Shown: positions 39,306 to 49,196, numbered from the stretch's first letter. The stretch is DNA of 64,000 bases from an uncultured Verrucomicrobiae bacterium (GCA_963702845.1 OY969763.1:576001-640000); one strand, 5' to 3'. The notes: generated by a model not told the origin, from the letters alone. Numbers and translations are program-made.

Positions 39306-39572
39306 ATGTCAAAGAATTCGGCTCCGGCTGCGGTCGGGGCGGCTGACATTCAAAATCTCGCCTTTGAGGAGGCGTTGAAGAATCTCGAGTCTATCGTTCA
39401 ATCGATGGAGTCGCAGGATTTACCTTTGGAAACCATGCTTTCCCGCTATGAGGAGGGAACCAGACTGGCGCAACTCTGCCAGGCCAAACTCGCCCAAGCG
39501 GAAGTCAAAATTCAGCAAATTGAGAAAAATGCCAAAGGCGAAATCACCCTCAAGCCTGTTCCCGCCCAATAA
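39306..39572 (+). CDS. xseB: Exodeoxyribonuclease VII small subunit
   Basis: FEEALKNLESIVQSME...LPLE...YEEG...LAQAE; upstream of dxs. Confidence 0.95.
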   Translation: MSKNSAPAAVGAADIQNLAFEEALKNLESIVQSMESQDLPLETMLSRYEEGTRLAQLCQAKLAQAEVKIQQIEKNAKGEITLKPVPAQ

Positions 39573-39579
39573 TTAAACT

Positions 39580-41571
39580 ATGAGCCGATACATCGATATG
39601 GTGGACCAACCTGCCCACGTCAAAAAACTGACGTTGGACCAACTAACCCAACTCAGCGAAGAAGTGCGCACCGAGTTGATCACAAAACTCGCCAAAAACG
39701 GCGGGCATCTCGGACCAAACCTGGGCGTCGTTGAACTGTCCATCGCGTTGCACTACGTCTTTTCGACGCCGCACGATAAATTCGTGTGGGACGTCAGCCA
39801 TCAGAGCTACGTCCACAAGATCCTGACCGGCCGCAAAAACCGTTTTCACACCATCCGCACCACGGACGGCTTGAACGGCTTCTCGCTCCGCACCGAAAGC
39901 GAACACGATTGCTACGGCGCCGGCCACGCTGGCACCGCGCTCTCCGCCGCCCTCGGCATGTGCGCCGCGCGCGACCAGAAGAAGAGCGACGAAAATGTCG
40001 TTTGCATCTTCGGTGACGCCGCGTTGACCAACGGTATTTCGTTCGAAGCGCTCAACAACATCGGTCACACGACCAAGAAGTTCATCGGCATCCTCAACGA
40101 CAACGAGTGGAGCATCGCCAAGAACGTCGGCGCAATCGCGTCATATCTCAACAAGCTCATCACCAATCCGCGCTATAACAAGCTGCAGAAGGATTTGGAG
40201 CGTTGGATGAAGCGCATGCCTAAGGGCGAACTCGCCATCAGGCTCGGTCACAAAGCCGAAGAAGCGATCAAGGGCGCACTCACCGATGTCGCACTTCAAC
40301 AGAACGCCGTCAACGTCGAAGCTGACGGTCGCGGCGGATTCGGCAGCAGTTTGATCTTCGAAGAAATGGGCCTGCGTTATCTCGGCCCGATCGATGGTCA
40401 CAATTTGCCGCTCTTGATTAGCTGCCTCGAATTCGCAAAAGAAAGCGAAGAGCCAGTCGTTCTTCACGTGCTGACCAAAAAAGGAAAAGGCTTCGAATCA
40501 GCCCTGAGTTCGCCGGAAAAATTCCACGGTCTCGGGCCTTACGATCCAGTCACCGGCGCAACCCCTGCCACGAAACCGGGCACGCCTCCGAATTATCAGG
40601 ACGTCTTCGGCCAAACCATGGTCAAGCTCTGCAAAAAGGACACCTCCGTCGTTGGCATCACCGCCGCGATGCCGAGTGGCACTGGTTTGAAAGCTTTGGA
40701 AAAAGCCATGCCCGAACGTTATTACGACGTCGGCATCGCTGAAGAACACGCCGTCTTGTTCGCCGCCGGTATGGCCACGATGGGTTTCCACCCGGTCTGC
40801 GCCATCTACTCGACGTTCTTGCAACGTTCCTACGATTGCATCATTCATGACGTCGCGCTCCAGGAATTGCCCGTGATTTTCTGTATGGACCGCGCCGGCC
40901 TTTCCGCCAACGACGGCCCCACGCATCACGGCTTGTTCGACATCGCTTACCTGCGTTGCGTTCCGAGCATCGTTTGCATGGCGCCGAAGGACGAAGACGA
41001 ACTCGTGGACATGATGTTTACTTGCACGTTGCAAAAAGGCCCGACCTTCATTCGCTATCCTCGCGGTGCCGCTGAAGGCGTGCCGATCAAGGAATCGCCG
41101 AAAGTTGTCGAAATCGGCAAAGCCGAAGTCACCCAGAACTTCAATTCGAGCAAAGGCAAGAAAGTCGCGCTCTTTGGATTAGGCAACTTCCATGGCGTCG
41201 CCAAGAAAGTCGCTGAGCAACTGACCGCTGAAGGTTACAACGTCGCAGTCATCAATCCGCGTTTCACCAAACCAATCGACGCCGGCACCACCGAATTCTT
41301 CGGACGCGCCGCTGAATTGGTCGTGACGATGGAAGACCATGTGCTGCCTGGCGGTTACGGTTCGAGCGTTTGTGAATTGCTCAACGACAAGCGCATCAAC
41401 ACGCCTGTCCTGCGCATTGGTTGGCCTGACCAGTTCATCGAGCACGCGAGCACTGTCGACCATCTCCGTAACAAATACGGTCTCACCGCGCCGCAGATCG
41501 TTGCGCAAATCAAAGCCCAATTCGCCGCGGCCCAACCAGCGAATGTGACCAGCCTGAGCGCAGTCGCTTAA
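39580..41571 (+). CDS. dxs: 1-deoxy-D-xylulose-5-phosphate synthase
   Basis: GGHLGPNLGVVEL, WDVSHQSYVHK, GPIDGH, DVGIAEEHAV, DRAG, DGPTHHG. Confidence 0.98.
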   Translation: MSRYIDMVDQPAHVKKLTLDQLTQLSEEVRTELITKLAKNGGHLGPNLGVVELSIALHYVFSTPHDKFVWDVSHQSYVHKILTGRKNRFHTIRTTDGLNGFSLRTESEHDCYGAGHAGTALSAALGMCAARDQKKSDENVVCIFGDAALTNGISFEALNNIGHTTKKFIGILNDNEWSIAKNVGAIASYLNKLITNPRYNKLQKDLERWMKRMPKGELAIRLGHKAEEAIKGALTDVALQQNAVNVEADGRGGFGSSLIFEEMGLRYLGPIDGHNLPLLISCLEFAKESEEPVVLHVLTKKGKGFESALSSPEKFHGLGPYDPVTGATPATKPGTPPNYQDVFGQTMVKLCKKDTSVVGITAAMPSGTGLKALEKAMPERYYDVGIAEEHAVLFAAGMATMGFHPVCAIYSTFLQRSYDCIIHDVALQELPVIFCMDRAGLSANDGPTHHGLFDIAYLRCVPSIVCMAPKDEDELVDMMFTCTLQKGPTFIRYPRGAAEGVPIKESPKVVEIGKAEVTQNFNSSKGKKVALFGLGNFHGVAKKVAEQLTAEGYNVAVINPRFTKPIDAGTTEFFGRAAELVVTMEDHVLPGGYGSSVCELLNDKRINTPVLRIGWPDQFIEHASTVDHLRNKYGLTAPQIVAQIKAQFAAAQPANVTSLSAVA

Positions 41572-41618
41572 TGGAATCACGGACCGTCGCGTCCGCAAAG
41601 TTTAGAGAAATTTAGTTC

Positions 41619-41649
41619 AAAGCGCGGACGTAACAGTCCGCGCTTTTTC
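41619..41649. terminator. Intrinsic terminator between convergent dxs and htrA
   Basis: AAAGCGCGGAC-gtaaca-GTCCGCGCTTTTTT. Confidence 0.8.
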
Positions 41650-41650
41650 T

Positions 41651-43126
41651 TTAGTCGCGAAGCGGCGTCACCGGCGCGTGCAACTTTTTGGTTTCACGAT
41701 TCACCGTCATGAAACGACTTCCACCGTCTGACCAGATTCGAAGCAACAACTCCTGTCCCCGCAACCTGCGGCTGACGTCCACCGCTTGCTGCGAACTGCG
41801 TACCTCTTCGTTGTTAATCTCCTGCATCACGTCGCCTGGACGCAGGCCGGCCGCGTAAGCGGGCGATTCGTCGGTAACGCGTAATACCATCGCGCCCTCA
41901 ATCGTTTTCGGAATTTTCAGGTGATTGCGAATCGACCCATCCACGTCCGTCACGGTCACACCGTCCAACACGTCAGTCGGTAGCTGAGGTTTTGTCTTTA
42001 GCGCAACCTTCGTAGTTTTCGGTGACGGCATTTCATCGAGCTTTGTCACGACACGTTGCTCTTTCGCATGGCGCACATACGCGACGGTTGCCATTGTTCC
42101 CGGTTTCAATTGCCCGACGAGCAGTCGCAAGTGCCGCGGATCTTCGATTCTCTTGCCTTGAAACTCGGTGATGATGTCGCCGATTCTCATCCCTGCCTGC
42201 GCCGCCGCACTGCCCGGCACGACCTCACCGATTAACGCGCCAGTTTCCTCCGACAACTTAAAATGCTTCGCAAGATCGGGCGTGATTGGCTGCACGACCA
42301 CACCCAGGGAACCACGCGCCACGCGTCCTTCCTTGATGATTTGTTCCATGACGCTTTTCGCCAGATTCACCGGCACCGCAAACCCGATTCCTTGGCCACC
42401 TTTCGCCGTGCTCAAAATTGCGGTATTAATGCCAACGACTTTTCCGTCGCCATCGGCCAACGCGCCACCCGAATTACCGGGGTTAATAGACGCATCGGTC
42501 TGAATAAAATCCTCAAAATCAACCACGCCAAACCCGCCTCGACCGGTCGCACTGACAATTCCCATCGTAACGGTTTGTCCGACACCAAACGGATTTCCAA
42601 TCGCGAGCGCAACATCCCCCACCTGCAAATCATCGCTGTCGCCAAGTTCAGCGACGGGCAGATTTTGCGAAGCGATTTTCAACACCGCGAGGTCTGTCGG
42701 TGCATCCGTTCCAATCACCTTTGCCGGCACTTCTTTATCACTGTTCGCAAACGACACCTCGATATCATCCGCGCCGTCGACCACATGGAAATTCGTCAAA
42801 ATGTAACCATCACGTGAAACAATCACGCCCGACCCGAGAGCTTGTTCCTGGTGCGTGCGCGTCTTGGGCGAATTGCTGAGTTCATCGCCGAACAGATCGC
42901 GCAACATCGGATTATTCATGATCGCTTCAATCTGCGGATCCGCATCCACCGTTTTGCTGCTGTAGATGTTCACGATCGACGGAGCGATCTTTTTAATCAC
43001 CCGGGAGAACGTCGGCCGGTTTGTATCCAACGTAATCGTTCGTTGTTGTTCGAGATTTGGGATAGCGGCGTCAGCGGAAAGCGCGAGAGCGGCGAGGCAG
43101 GCGATGGGAATAAAATTGAACTTCAT
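41651..43126 (-). CDS. htrA: Do/DegQ (HtrA) serine endoprotease with two PDZ domains
   Basis: LGSGVI, TNFHVV, TDLAVL, QTDASINPGNSGG; two PDZ segments. Confidence 0.96.
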   Translation of the reverse strand: MKFNFIPIACLAALALSADAAIPNLEQQRTITLDTNRPTFSRVIKKIAPSIVNIYSSKTVDADPQIEAIMNNPMLRDLFGDELSNSPKTRTHQEQALGSGVIVSRDGYILTNFHVVDGADDIEVSFANSDKEVPAKVIGTDAPTDLAVLKIASQNLPVAELGDSDDLQVGDVALAIGNPFGVGQTVTMGIVSATGRGGFGVVDFEDFIQTDASINPGNSGGALADGDGKVVGINTAILSTAKGGQGIGFAVPVNLAKSVMEQIIKEGRVARGSLGVVVQPITPDLAKHFKLSEETGALIGEVVPGSAAAQAGMRIGDIITEFQGKRIEDPRHLRLLVGQLKPGTMATVAYVRHAKEQRVVTKLDEMPSPKTTKVALKTKPQLPTDVLDGVTVTDVDGSIRNHLKIPKTIEGAMVLRVTDESPAYAAGLRPGDVMQEINNEEVRSSQQAVDVSRRLRGQELLLRIWSDGGSRFMTVNRETKKLHAPVTPLRD

Positions 43127-43315
43127 AAAATCAGCGAACAGTTGAGCACTCCTCTAAAATTAAGGTAGAATCCAGGCAGCAAAATTCTACGAGGCAACCT
43201 ACGGAAACTCCCTTAAGGGGAAGGACGAACAACGTTTTAGCCTCGGATTGAACCCGTCAAGCGCCCCAATAAACACAAGTTTGAGTATTTGACAGGCCCC
43301 CGCCGGCCAGCCAAC

Positions 43316-43600
43316 TCAAGCGCGCGATCGCCGCCAAAATTGATAAGCGAAACCGGCAATAACACCGGTCCCAAGAGCGATGCCCAAATTGCGGTAGATT
43401 GTTGCTCTCGGTTTGACCGTCCGATGCCGCCGCTCGTCTGAACGCGCACGACGTCGACGGAAAAAGCCGCCAATTGTTTTGGCAGCGAGAGAAATCGGAT
43501 TGCGCAACAACAAACTGACCGCTGCCATTTTTGCTGAAGCCGCCAAATCCTCGCGAGTCTCTTCGATCTCGCGGGCAATCGCATGTTTAGTCCGAGTCAT
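43316..43600 (-). CDS. Small hypothetical membrane-anchored protein (DUF3618/YqjK-like context)
   Basis: IAREIEETREDLAAS; C-terminal hydrophobic helix ending WRRSRA. Confidence 0.55.
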   Translation of the reverse strand: MTRTKHAIAREIEETREDLAASAKMAAVSLLLRNPISLAAKTIGGFFRRRRARSDERRHRTVKPRATIYRNLGIALGTGVIAGFAYQFWRRSRA

Positions 43601-43715
43601 AGGTATAAAAGTACGCACCGGCGAGTAACGGCTTAGACTCAACCCAGCCAATCACTCAACGCGGCGCAGACAAAAGCAAGGTCCGCGCGGACGTCTGCGC
43701 CCGCGCGATGACCCG

Positions 43716-43976
43716 CTATTCCCGACGACCCTTGATTAAAAATCCGAGCAGCAATCCGGCGGCAAAAGCGATGCCGAGAGATTGATAAGGATTTTCGCGA
43801 ATCGCGCGATCCGTCACCTTCGCGCCCTGGACAGCTTTGTCCGAGGCGTCGGAGTATTTGCTTTTAGCGCGTTCCCAGGCAGCGGCTCCGGCGGCGCGAG
43901 CCCGCTGCGTGAAATCCTGCGCTTGTTCTTTGGCCTCATCGGCCATTTGGCCGAATTCTCGTGCTTTGGTTTCCAT
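43716..43976 (-). CDS. DUF883 (ElaB/YqjD) family protein
   Basis: TDRAIRENPYQSLGIAFAAGLLLGFLIKGRR. Confidence 0.9.
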   Translation of the reverse strand: METKAREFGQMADEAKEQAQDFTQRARAAGAAAWERAKSKYSDASDKAVQGAKVTDRAIRENPYQSLGIAFAAGLLLGFLIKGRRE

Positions 43977-43979
43977 AAT

Positions 43980-44258
43980 CTAGTCTTTCTGTTTGATGAC
44001 CACTTTTGTTCGGCGGGTAAGGAGCGCCCCCAGCAACAGCCCAAATCCCAACGCACAGCCGACTGCGGTATAGGGATTCTGACGGATGGCGCGGTCCGTC
44101 GCTTGCGAATAAATCAACGCCTTATCTTGAATCTGATCGTAAGTTGCCTTGGTAAGATCGAGTGCAGACTGGCCCGCGACTCGTGCTTTGTCCTTCAACC
44201 CATTTGCGCTACTGCGCGTGGTCTCAATTCCCTCGTGATCAATATCTGCGACGTCCAT
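43980..44258 (-). CDS. DUF883 (ElaB/YqjD) family protein
   Basis: TDRAIRQNPYTAVGCALGFGLLLGALLTRR. Confidence 0.88.
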   Translation of the reverse strand: MDVADIDHEGIETTRSSANGLKDKARVAGQSALDLTKATYDQIQDKALIYSQATDRAIRQNPYTAVGCALGFGLLLGALLTRRTKVVIKQKD

Positions 44259-44485
44259 GTTGCATTCTCCTTAGTTAGCTGCCCTCCAAACACAGTCACT
44301 TCGATGAAAACTTAATCCCGTTTGGAACTTTTTCTATGCGGACGGGCGCTGTTTTTAGATTGGGAAGAAAGCCTACTTGCCGAAAATCGTAGGGAAGTTA
44401 CGTCACATGGTCCGAAGCTGCGCCATCACGTCTGCGACGCACGGATAGCTACAAGCGATTTCAGAACCTGCTTCAAACTGTCAGA

Positions 44486-45310
44486 TCAAGCGCGTCGCAC
44501 TATTTTTGCCGCCAGCCAGCCAATCAGAACAATAACCGACAAAATGATCCAATTGTATTTGCTGCCATAGACACTTGGATAATGGTTGCTGATCATGATG
44601 AAAACCACTGGCCAGACGATAAATGTATTGTGTTTCGATCGGCCCTTGGCGCGGTCGGCTTCTATCGCGTTCGGTTCCTTGCCTTCTTTTAGCGCCTGCA
44701 CCATCCGACGTTGCGACGGGATAATAATCATCCAAACGTTCAACGCCATGATTGTCCCGAGCATCGCGCCGACCTGGTAAAACGCACCGCGCGCCGAAAA
44801 GTATTGGCAGGAAAGCCAGGTACTCGCTACAAGCACGATGTAACAAAGCACTACACCGGCAGTGAAATTCTTAACGACCTTCCAAATCACGTCATATACC
44901 ACCCATGACGCGAGAATCATTCCGACACTGACGCCAATGGCGGCGCCGTTGGAAATTTGCCAGATGGCAGGCACATCATCGTTTTGGTTGAAAAGGAGGC
45001 TGCGATAATATAACAGGATGAACAGCAGCATGCCCGTGATCCACGTCAGCCCCGACTCCCATTTGAACCAGTGCAACGTTTGTCCCATTAACGACGGCCG
45101 CCGTTGCTTTTCGACAAGGTAAAAACCGCCGCTGTGGACCATCCAAATGTATTTGTCGGCTTTTTCACCTTTAGCGCTTTTTTCCTCCAATTCGACGAAC
45201 CGGCCGTCGAGCCAAGTAAAATAATAAGTAGCGCCGACCCACATAATCGCGGCGAACACATGACCCCAGCGCAAAGCGATCTCCACAATCTCCCAAAAAC
45301 TGATTTGCAT
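44486..45310 (-). CDS. puuD: Membrane urate oxidase PuuD, transmembrane domain only
   Basis: LRWGHV, WMVHSGGFY, LHWFKWE, GAMLGTIMALNV, IIPSQR, RSKHN, FIMISNHYP; divergent from uraD-uraH. Confidence 0.9.
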   Translation of the reverse strand: MQISFWEIVEIALRWGHVFAAIMWVGATYYFTWLDGRFVELEEKSAKGEKADKYIWMVHSGGFYLVEKQRRPSLMGQTLHWFKWESGLTWITGMLLFILLYYRSLLFNQNDDVPAIWQISNGAAIGVSVGMILASWVVYDVIWKVVKNFTAGVVLCYIVLVASTWLSCQYFSARGAFYQVGAMLGTIMALNVWMIIIPSQRRMVQALKEGKEPNAIEADRAKGRSKHNTFIVWPVVFIMISNHYPSVYGSKYNWIILSVIVLIGWLAAKIVRRA

Positions 45311-45411
45311 AAAGATTGGCGATGCTAGATGTTCGAGGCCGGAAATCAAGAACAAGCAACAGTAGGGCGTGTTGCGAACCGGACGTTTCGGCTCCGCGCG
45401 CACCGTTTAAA

Positions 45412-45933
45412 ATGTCGCAACAACGTTACACCATCACTCAACTCAACGCGCTTTCGCCCGCTGAATTCACCCGCGTCGTCGGTCCAGTTTTCGAACACTC
45501 CCCGTGGATCGCGGACGTCACCGCCTCCAAACGCCCGTTCGAAAATCTCGAACAAATGCACCGCGCCTTGTGCGAAACCGTCCGCACTGCCGCTGTCGAA
45601 AAACAACTCGCGCTCATTCAAGCCCACCCCGACCTCGTCGGTCGCGCCGCCTTGGCAGGGACACTGACCAATGAATCAACCCGCGAACAAGCCAGTGCCG
45701 GTCTGGGCAATTTGAACCCAGCCGAAATCGCACACTTCCAAAAGCAAAACAACGCCTATCGCGAAAAATTCGGATTCCCGTTCGTCATCTGCGCACGTCT
45801 AAATAAGAAAGAAGCCATCATCGCCGGCTTCGAACGTCGACTGCAAAACGATCGCCAACAGGAAATCAAAACAGCGCTCGAAGAAATTTTTAAAATCGCC
45901 GAACTACGTCTGCGCGATTTAATCTCTACCTGA
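45412..45933 (+). CDS. uraD: OHCU decarboxylase
   Basis: VFEHSPW, AHPDL, STREQASAGL, YREKFGFPFVIC, KIAELRL. Confidence 0.95.
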   Translation: MSQQRYTITQLNALSPAEFTRVVGPVFEHSPWIADVTASKRPFENLEQMHRALCETVRTAAVEKQLALIQAHPDLVGRAALAGTLTNESTREQASAGLGNLNPAEIAHFQKQNNAYREKFGFPFVICARLNKKEAIIAGFERRLQNDRQQEIKTALEEIFKIAELRLRDLIST

Positions 45934-45934
45934 T

Positions 45935-46291
45935 ATGCCCGCGAAGCTCAGCACCCACGTCCTCGACACCGCTAACGGCCACCCCGCGCGCGACATGCAA
46001 ATCGAGCTCTGGTCCGTCACCGTTACCCAACGCAAATTGCTCAAGACCGTCCGCACCAACAATGACGGACGTACCGAAGCTCCGTTGCTAAACGCCGAAG
46101 AAATGCGCGAAGGCGAATACGAAATCATCTTCTTCGTCGGCGATTACTTTTCACAAATCGACAGCACCCCGCCGCGCATCCGTTTCCTCGACCGCGTCCC
46201 CGTCCGTTTCGGCATCGCCGATCCGACCGCTTCCTATCACGTCCCGCTATTGTGTTCGCCATGGTCCTACAGCACCTACCGTGGAAGTTGA
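45935..46291 (+). CDS. uraH: 5-hydroxyisourate hydrolase
   Basis: LSTHVLDT, TNNDGR, YHVPLL, C-terminal YRGS. Confidence 0.96.
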   Translation: MPAKLSTHVLDTANGHPARDMQIELWSVTVTQRKLLKTVRTNNDGRTEAPLLNAEEMREGEYEIIFFVGDYFSQIDSTPPRIRFLDRVPVRFGIADPTASYHVPLLCSPWSYSTYRGS

Positions 46292-46292
46292 T

Positions 46293-47510
46293 ATGGACAG
46301 AGCCCAACAAGTTTTCGACCGCCTTGACGAACTCGGCAAAATCAGTGAATACGCCGATTGTTTGACACGCCAATACGGCACCGACGCCATGCGCCGCGCC
46401 AACGATCTAGTCGGCTCCTGGATGAAACAAGCTGGCCTGCTAGTCCACACCGACGCGATTGGTAATCTTGTCGGAACCCTGAACTTCGGGGCTGCAAAAA
46501 CTTTGCTGATCGGTTCCCATCTCGACACCGTAAAAAATGCCGGCAAATACGACGGTCCCCTTGGCGTCATCCTCGCCATCGCTGCCGTCGAACAACTGAA
46601 AACCAAACAACTTCCCTTCAATATCACAGTCCTGGGGTTCGCCGACGAAGAGGGCGTTCGTTACCAAAGCACATATTTAGGCAGCCGCGCCGTCGCTGGC
46701 AGCTTCGATGAAAAAGGCCTCCAACGCACCGACGCCAACGGCATCACGCTTTCCGACGCCATAAAAAATTTCGGTGGCGACCCCGCAAAACTTTCCACCT
46801 GCTGCATCGACCCAAAAAATCTCGTGGGCTACGTCGAAGTCCACATTGAACAAGGCCCCGTCCTCGAACAAAAAAATCTTTCCGTCGGCATCGTCACCGC
46901 CATCGCCGGGCAAACGCGCGCGAAAATCAAATTCGAAGGCAAAGCCGGCCACGCCGGCACCACTCCAATGAACATGCGCCAGGACGCCTTGTGCGCTGCG
47001 GCGCACTTTATTATGGCAGTTGATAAGATCGGCTGGGCTCATGATGGCCTTGTCGCGACTGTAGGCCACATCATCAACGAACCAAATGTAAGCAACGTGA
47101 TTCCAGCTACAACGACGGTAACGTTGGATATCCGCCATCAGGATGACACGATTCGAGAGAATGCCGTTAAAGAACTTAACCTTCTTGCCACCACGATCCT
47201 TGGTGATTTCAGGAAGGTAAAAGTATCGTGGCAAACCGTGCAGGAAACCGATTCCGTCCCGTGCGATCCCGCAATCTCCGATCTACTCAGAACCGCCGCC
47301 CAAAAACATCAATCCGAAGTCATCGACCTCCCGAGCGGCGCTGGTCACGACGCCGCTGTCATGGCGAAAATTTGTCCCACGTCCATGCTCTTCGTCCGTT
47401 GCAAAGCCGGCCTGAGCCATCACCCCGACGAATCCATTACCGTCGAAGATACTCGCGCCGCGCTTTCCATTTTGACGGACTTCATCTCGCTTCTTGCCGC
47501 GCGCACCTAG
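46293..47510 (+). CDS. allC: Allantoate amidohydrolase (M20)
   Basis: GSHLDTV, GKYDGPLG, DEEGVR, EVHIEQGP, AGHAGT, SGAGHDA, SHHPDE; ureide context. Confidence 0.88.
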   Translation: MDRAQQVFDRLDELGKISEYADCLTRQYGTDAMRRANDLVGSWMKQAGLLVHTDAIGNLVGTLNFGAAKTLLIGSHLDTVKNAGKYDGPLGVILAIAAVEQLKTKQLPFNITVLGFADEEGVRYQSTYLGSRAVAGSFDEKGLQRTDANGITLSDAIKNFGGDPAKLSTCCIDPKNLVGYVEVHIEQGPVLEQKNLSVGIVTAIAGQTRAKIKFEGKAGHAGTTPMNMRQDALCAAAHFIMAVDKIGWAHDGLVATVGHIINEPNVSNVIPATTTVTLDIRHQDDTIRENAVKELNLLATTILGDFRKVKVSWQTVQETDSVPCDPAISDLLRTAAQKHQSEVIDLPSGAGHDAAVMAKICPTSMLFVRCKAGLSHHPDESITVEDTRAALSILTDFISLLAART

Positions 47511-47515
47511 TGGTC

Positions 47516-49024
47516 CTACGGATGCACCTGTTCCACGACGAGCATTTTGACTTGTTCTCGCGCGGGTGTCGTCTCAATTCCCATCCTGGCAAGCTGTTCC
47601 CGCAGGATTTCGCCGACACGATCCGTTCCAGTCGCGTCTTCGGGCCAGTGCAAATCAAACGTGTACCGGGCGGATGATCCGCTGCGATTAATCATCGGTT
47701 TTCCAAAAAAGCCTTCAAGCGCGCTGGTTACATCCGACATACGCGCATTCTTGAAATGGAACAATTGCGTGGAGCCTTCACCAGACCTGTAAACATCCGT
47801 TCTGCCGGATTTCGCCAAATATTTGTCGAGCGCTGACTTGTCCTTCACTGTCACCAGCAGAACATCCGTCTCGCGAACTTCCGGCCGCGCTACCAACCCG
47901 AATTGCTTTTCTATCTCGGCTTTGAATGCGGGGGCGTTTTGGCCTTTCGGCAAATTCTCTATCACATCAAAACTTCCTGGGGGCATATTGGCAGGGTAAA
48001 CGGTTCGCACCGTGTTCCAGTCATATGCGGTGCCGATCAGTCCCTTCACGTTGTCATTCACCCAGAATCCCCGGCCGTCGTCCGACCATATACCGCCGCC
48101 AATTTTGGGATGACCCGTCGGCCGGATCACGAGTCCCCGAGGCGCCTTGTCGAGCAGGAGTATGCTGTCCGAATTAGGATGCGACCATATCTGCTCGTAA
48201 ATCTCTTCGCCAGACAGCGGTGCCACCTTGCGTGCCACCGCTGTTGTGACCACTGTCGCTGTGCCGCCTGCGAGCAAAATGCCCGCAGTCACTGCGATTA
48301 CCGTTTTCGCTTTGGTCCATGCCATAATTTTCAATGCTCCTTTTAAGATGGTTGATGTTGATGCTGTTGCCGCCGCTCCCTTGGTTATCCCGACCGTCAC
48401 AATCGCTTTCGTCAGCCCAACAGGGATAGCCTGAGTTGAATTCGCGGAAATCGAGCCCGCGATGAGCGTGGCCGACAATGTCATGCCGCGTTTGGAGAAA
48501 AGTTTTCGCAACTTTTCCAGCGCACGACTTACCCGCTTCTGTGCCGCTCGTCCTTCCAAACCCATCGCCGCCCCTACTTCAGGCAACGTTTTGTTTTGGA
48601 AATAACGCAACACCAATGCATCGCGGTCTGTGGTTCCCAAATGTGCCATCGCGTCATCAAGCAAAGGGGACAACTCACGCCAGATAGCGTCCCGGGGAGT
48701 GTCTTCTGTCGAGGATTGCATAAACGCTTCCTGTTCGCGGCGCATGCGGCGTGATTCTGACCTCTGAAAATTCGCCGCCGTCAGACGCGCCGTGTGGTAA
48801 AGCCAGCCCGGGACTACCGTATTGCGCCCGAGCGATCCCGCCTTGCGCGCCAGGATGATGAATACCGCTTGCGTGATGTCTTGCGCATGTTGCGGATTTC
48901 CGGTGTGCCGCAACGCAACCGAATGCACCAATCCCACGTGCCGGTTCACAATCTCTGTGAACGCAACATCGGAGTTGTGCCTTGAGAATTGCTCCAGCAA
49001 TTCGATATCGGGCGTTTCGGTCAT
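47516..49024 (-). CDS. ECF sigma-70 factor fused via a hydrophobic helix to a TIGR03435/DUF3738-like domain
   Basis: AQDITQAVFIILARKA, GWLYHTAR, RDALVLRYF, RVSRALEKLR; C-terminal FGLVARPEVRETDVLL...LVVE. Confidence 0.88.
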   Translation of the reverse strand: MTETPDIELLEQFSRHNSDVAFTEIVNRHVGLVHSVALRHTGNPQHAQDITQAVFIILARKAGSLGRNTVVPGWLYHTARLTAANFQRSESRRMRREQEAFMQSSTEDTPRDAIWRELSPLLDDAMAHLGTTDRDALVLRYFQNKTLPEVGAAMGLEGRAAQKRVSRALEKLRKLFSKRGMTLSATLIAGSISANSTQAIPVGLTKAIVTVGITKGAAATASTSTILKGALKIMAWTKAKTVIAVTAGILLAGGTATVVTTAVARKVAPLSGEEIYEQIWSHPNSDSILLLDKAPRGLVIRPTGHPKIGGGIWSDDGRGFWVNDNVKGLIGTAYDWNTVRTVYPANMPPGSFDVIENLPKGQNAPAFKAEIEKQFGLVARPEVRETDVLLVTVKDKSALDKYLAKSGRTDVYRSGEGSTQLFHFKNARMSDVTSALEGFFGKPMINRSGSSARYTFDLHWPEDATGTDRVGEILREQLARMGIETTPAREQVKMLVVEQVHP

Positions 49025-49196
49025 TCAACAGTTATATGTGCGCCACCGCTAAACGGAGACAAAGAATTTCCGGCACCTAAACGATCTGAAACATCAACCA
49101 TCTGAAACATCGGAATTTGGCGGCTTGTGATACCGTCTCACCTGCGCCATCGTCCTTAGCGGAACTAAGCCAACAATTGAGCAACAGGAATATATA

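Noticed and set aside
45311..45411. Purine/xanthine riboswitch or sigma54 site between puuD and uraD
   Set aside because: No recognisable aptamer consensus or GG-N10-GC spacing; only a plain -10-like element for puuD
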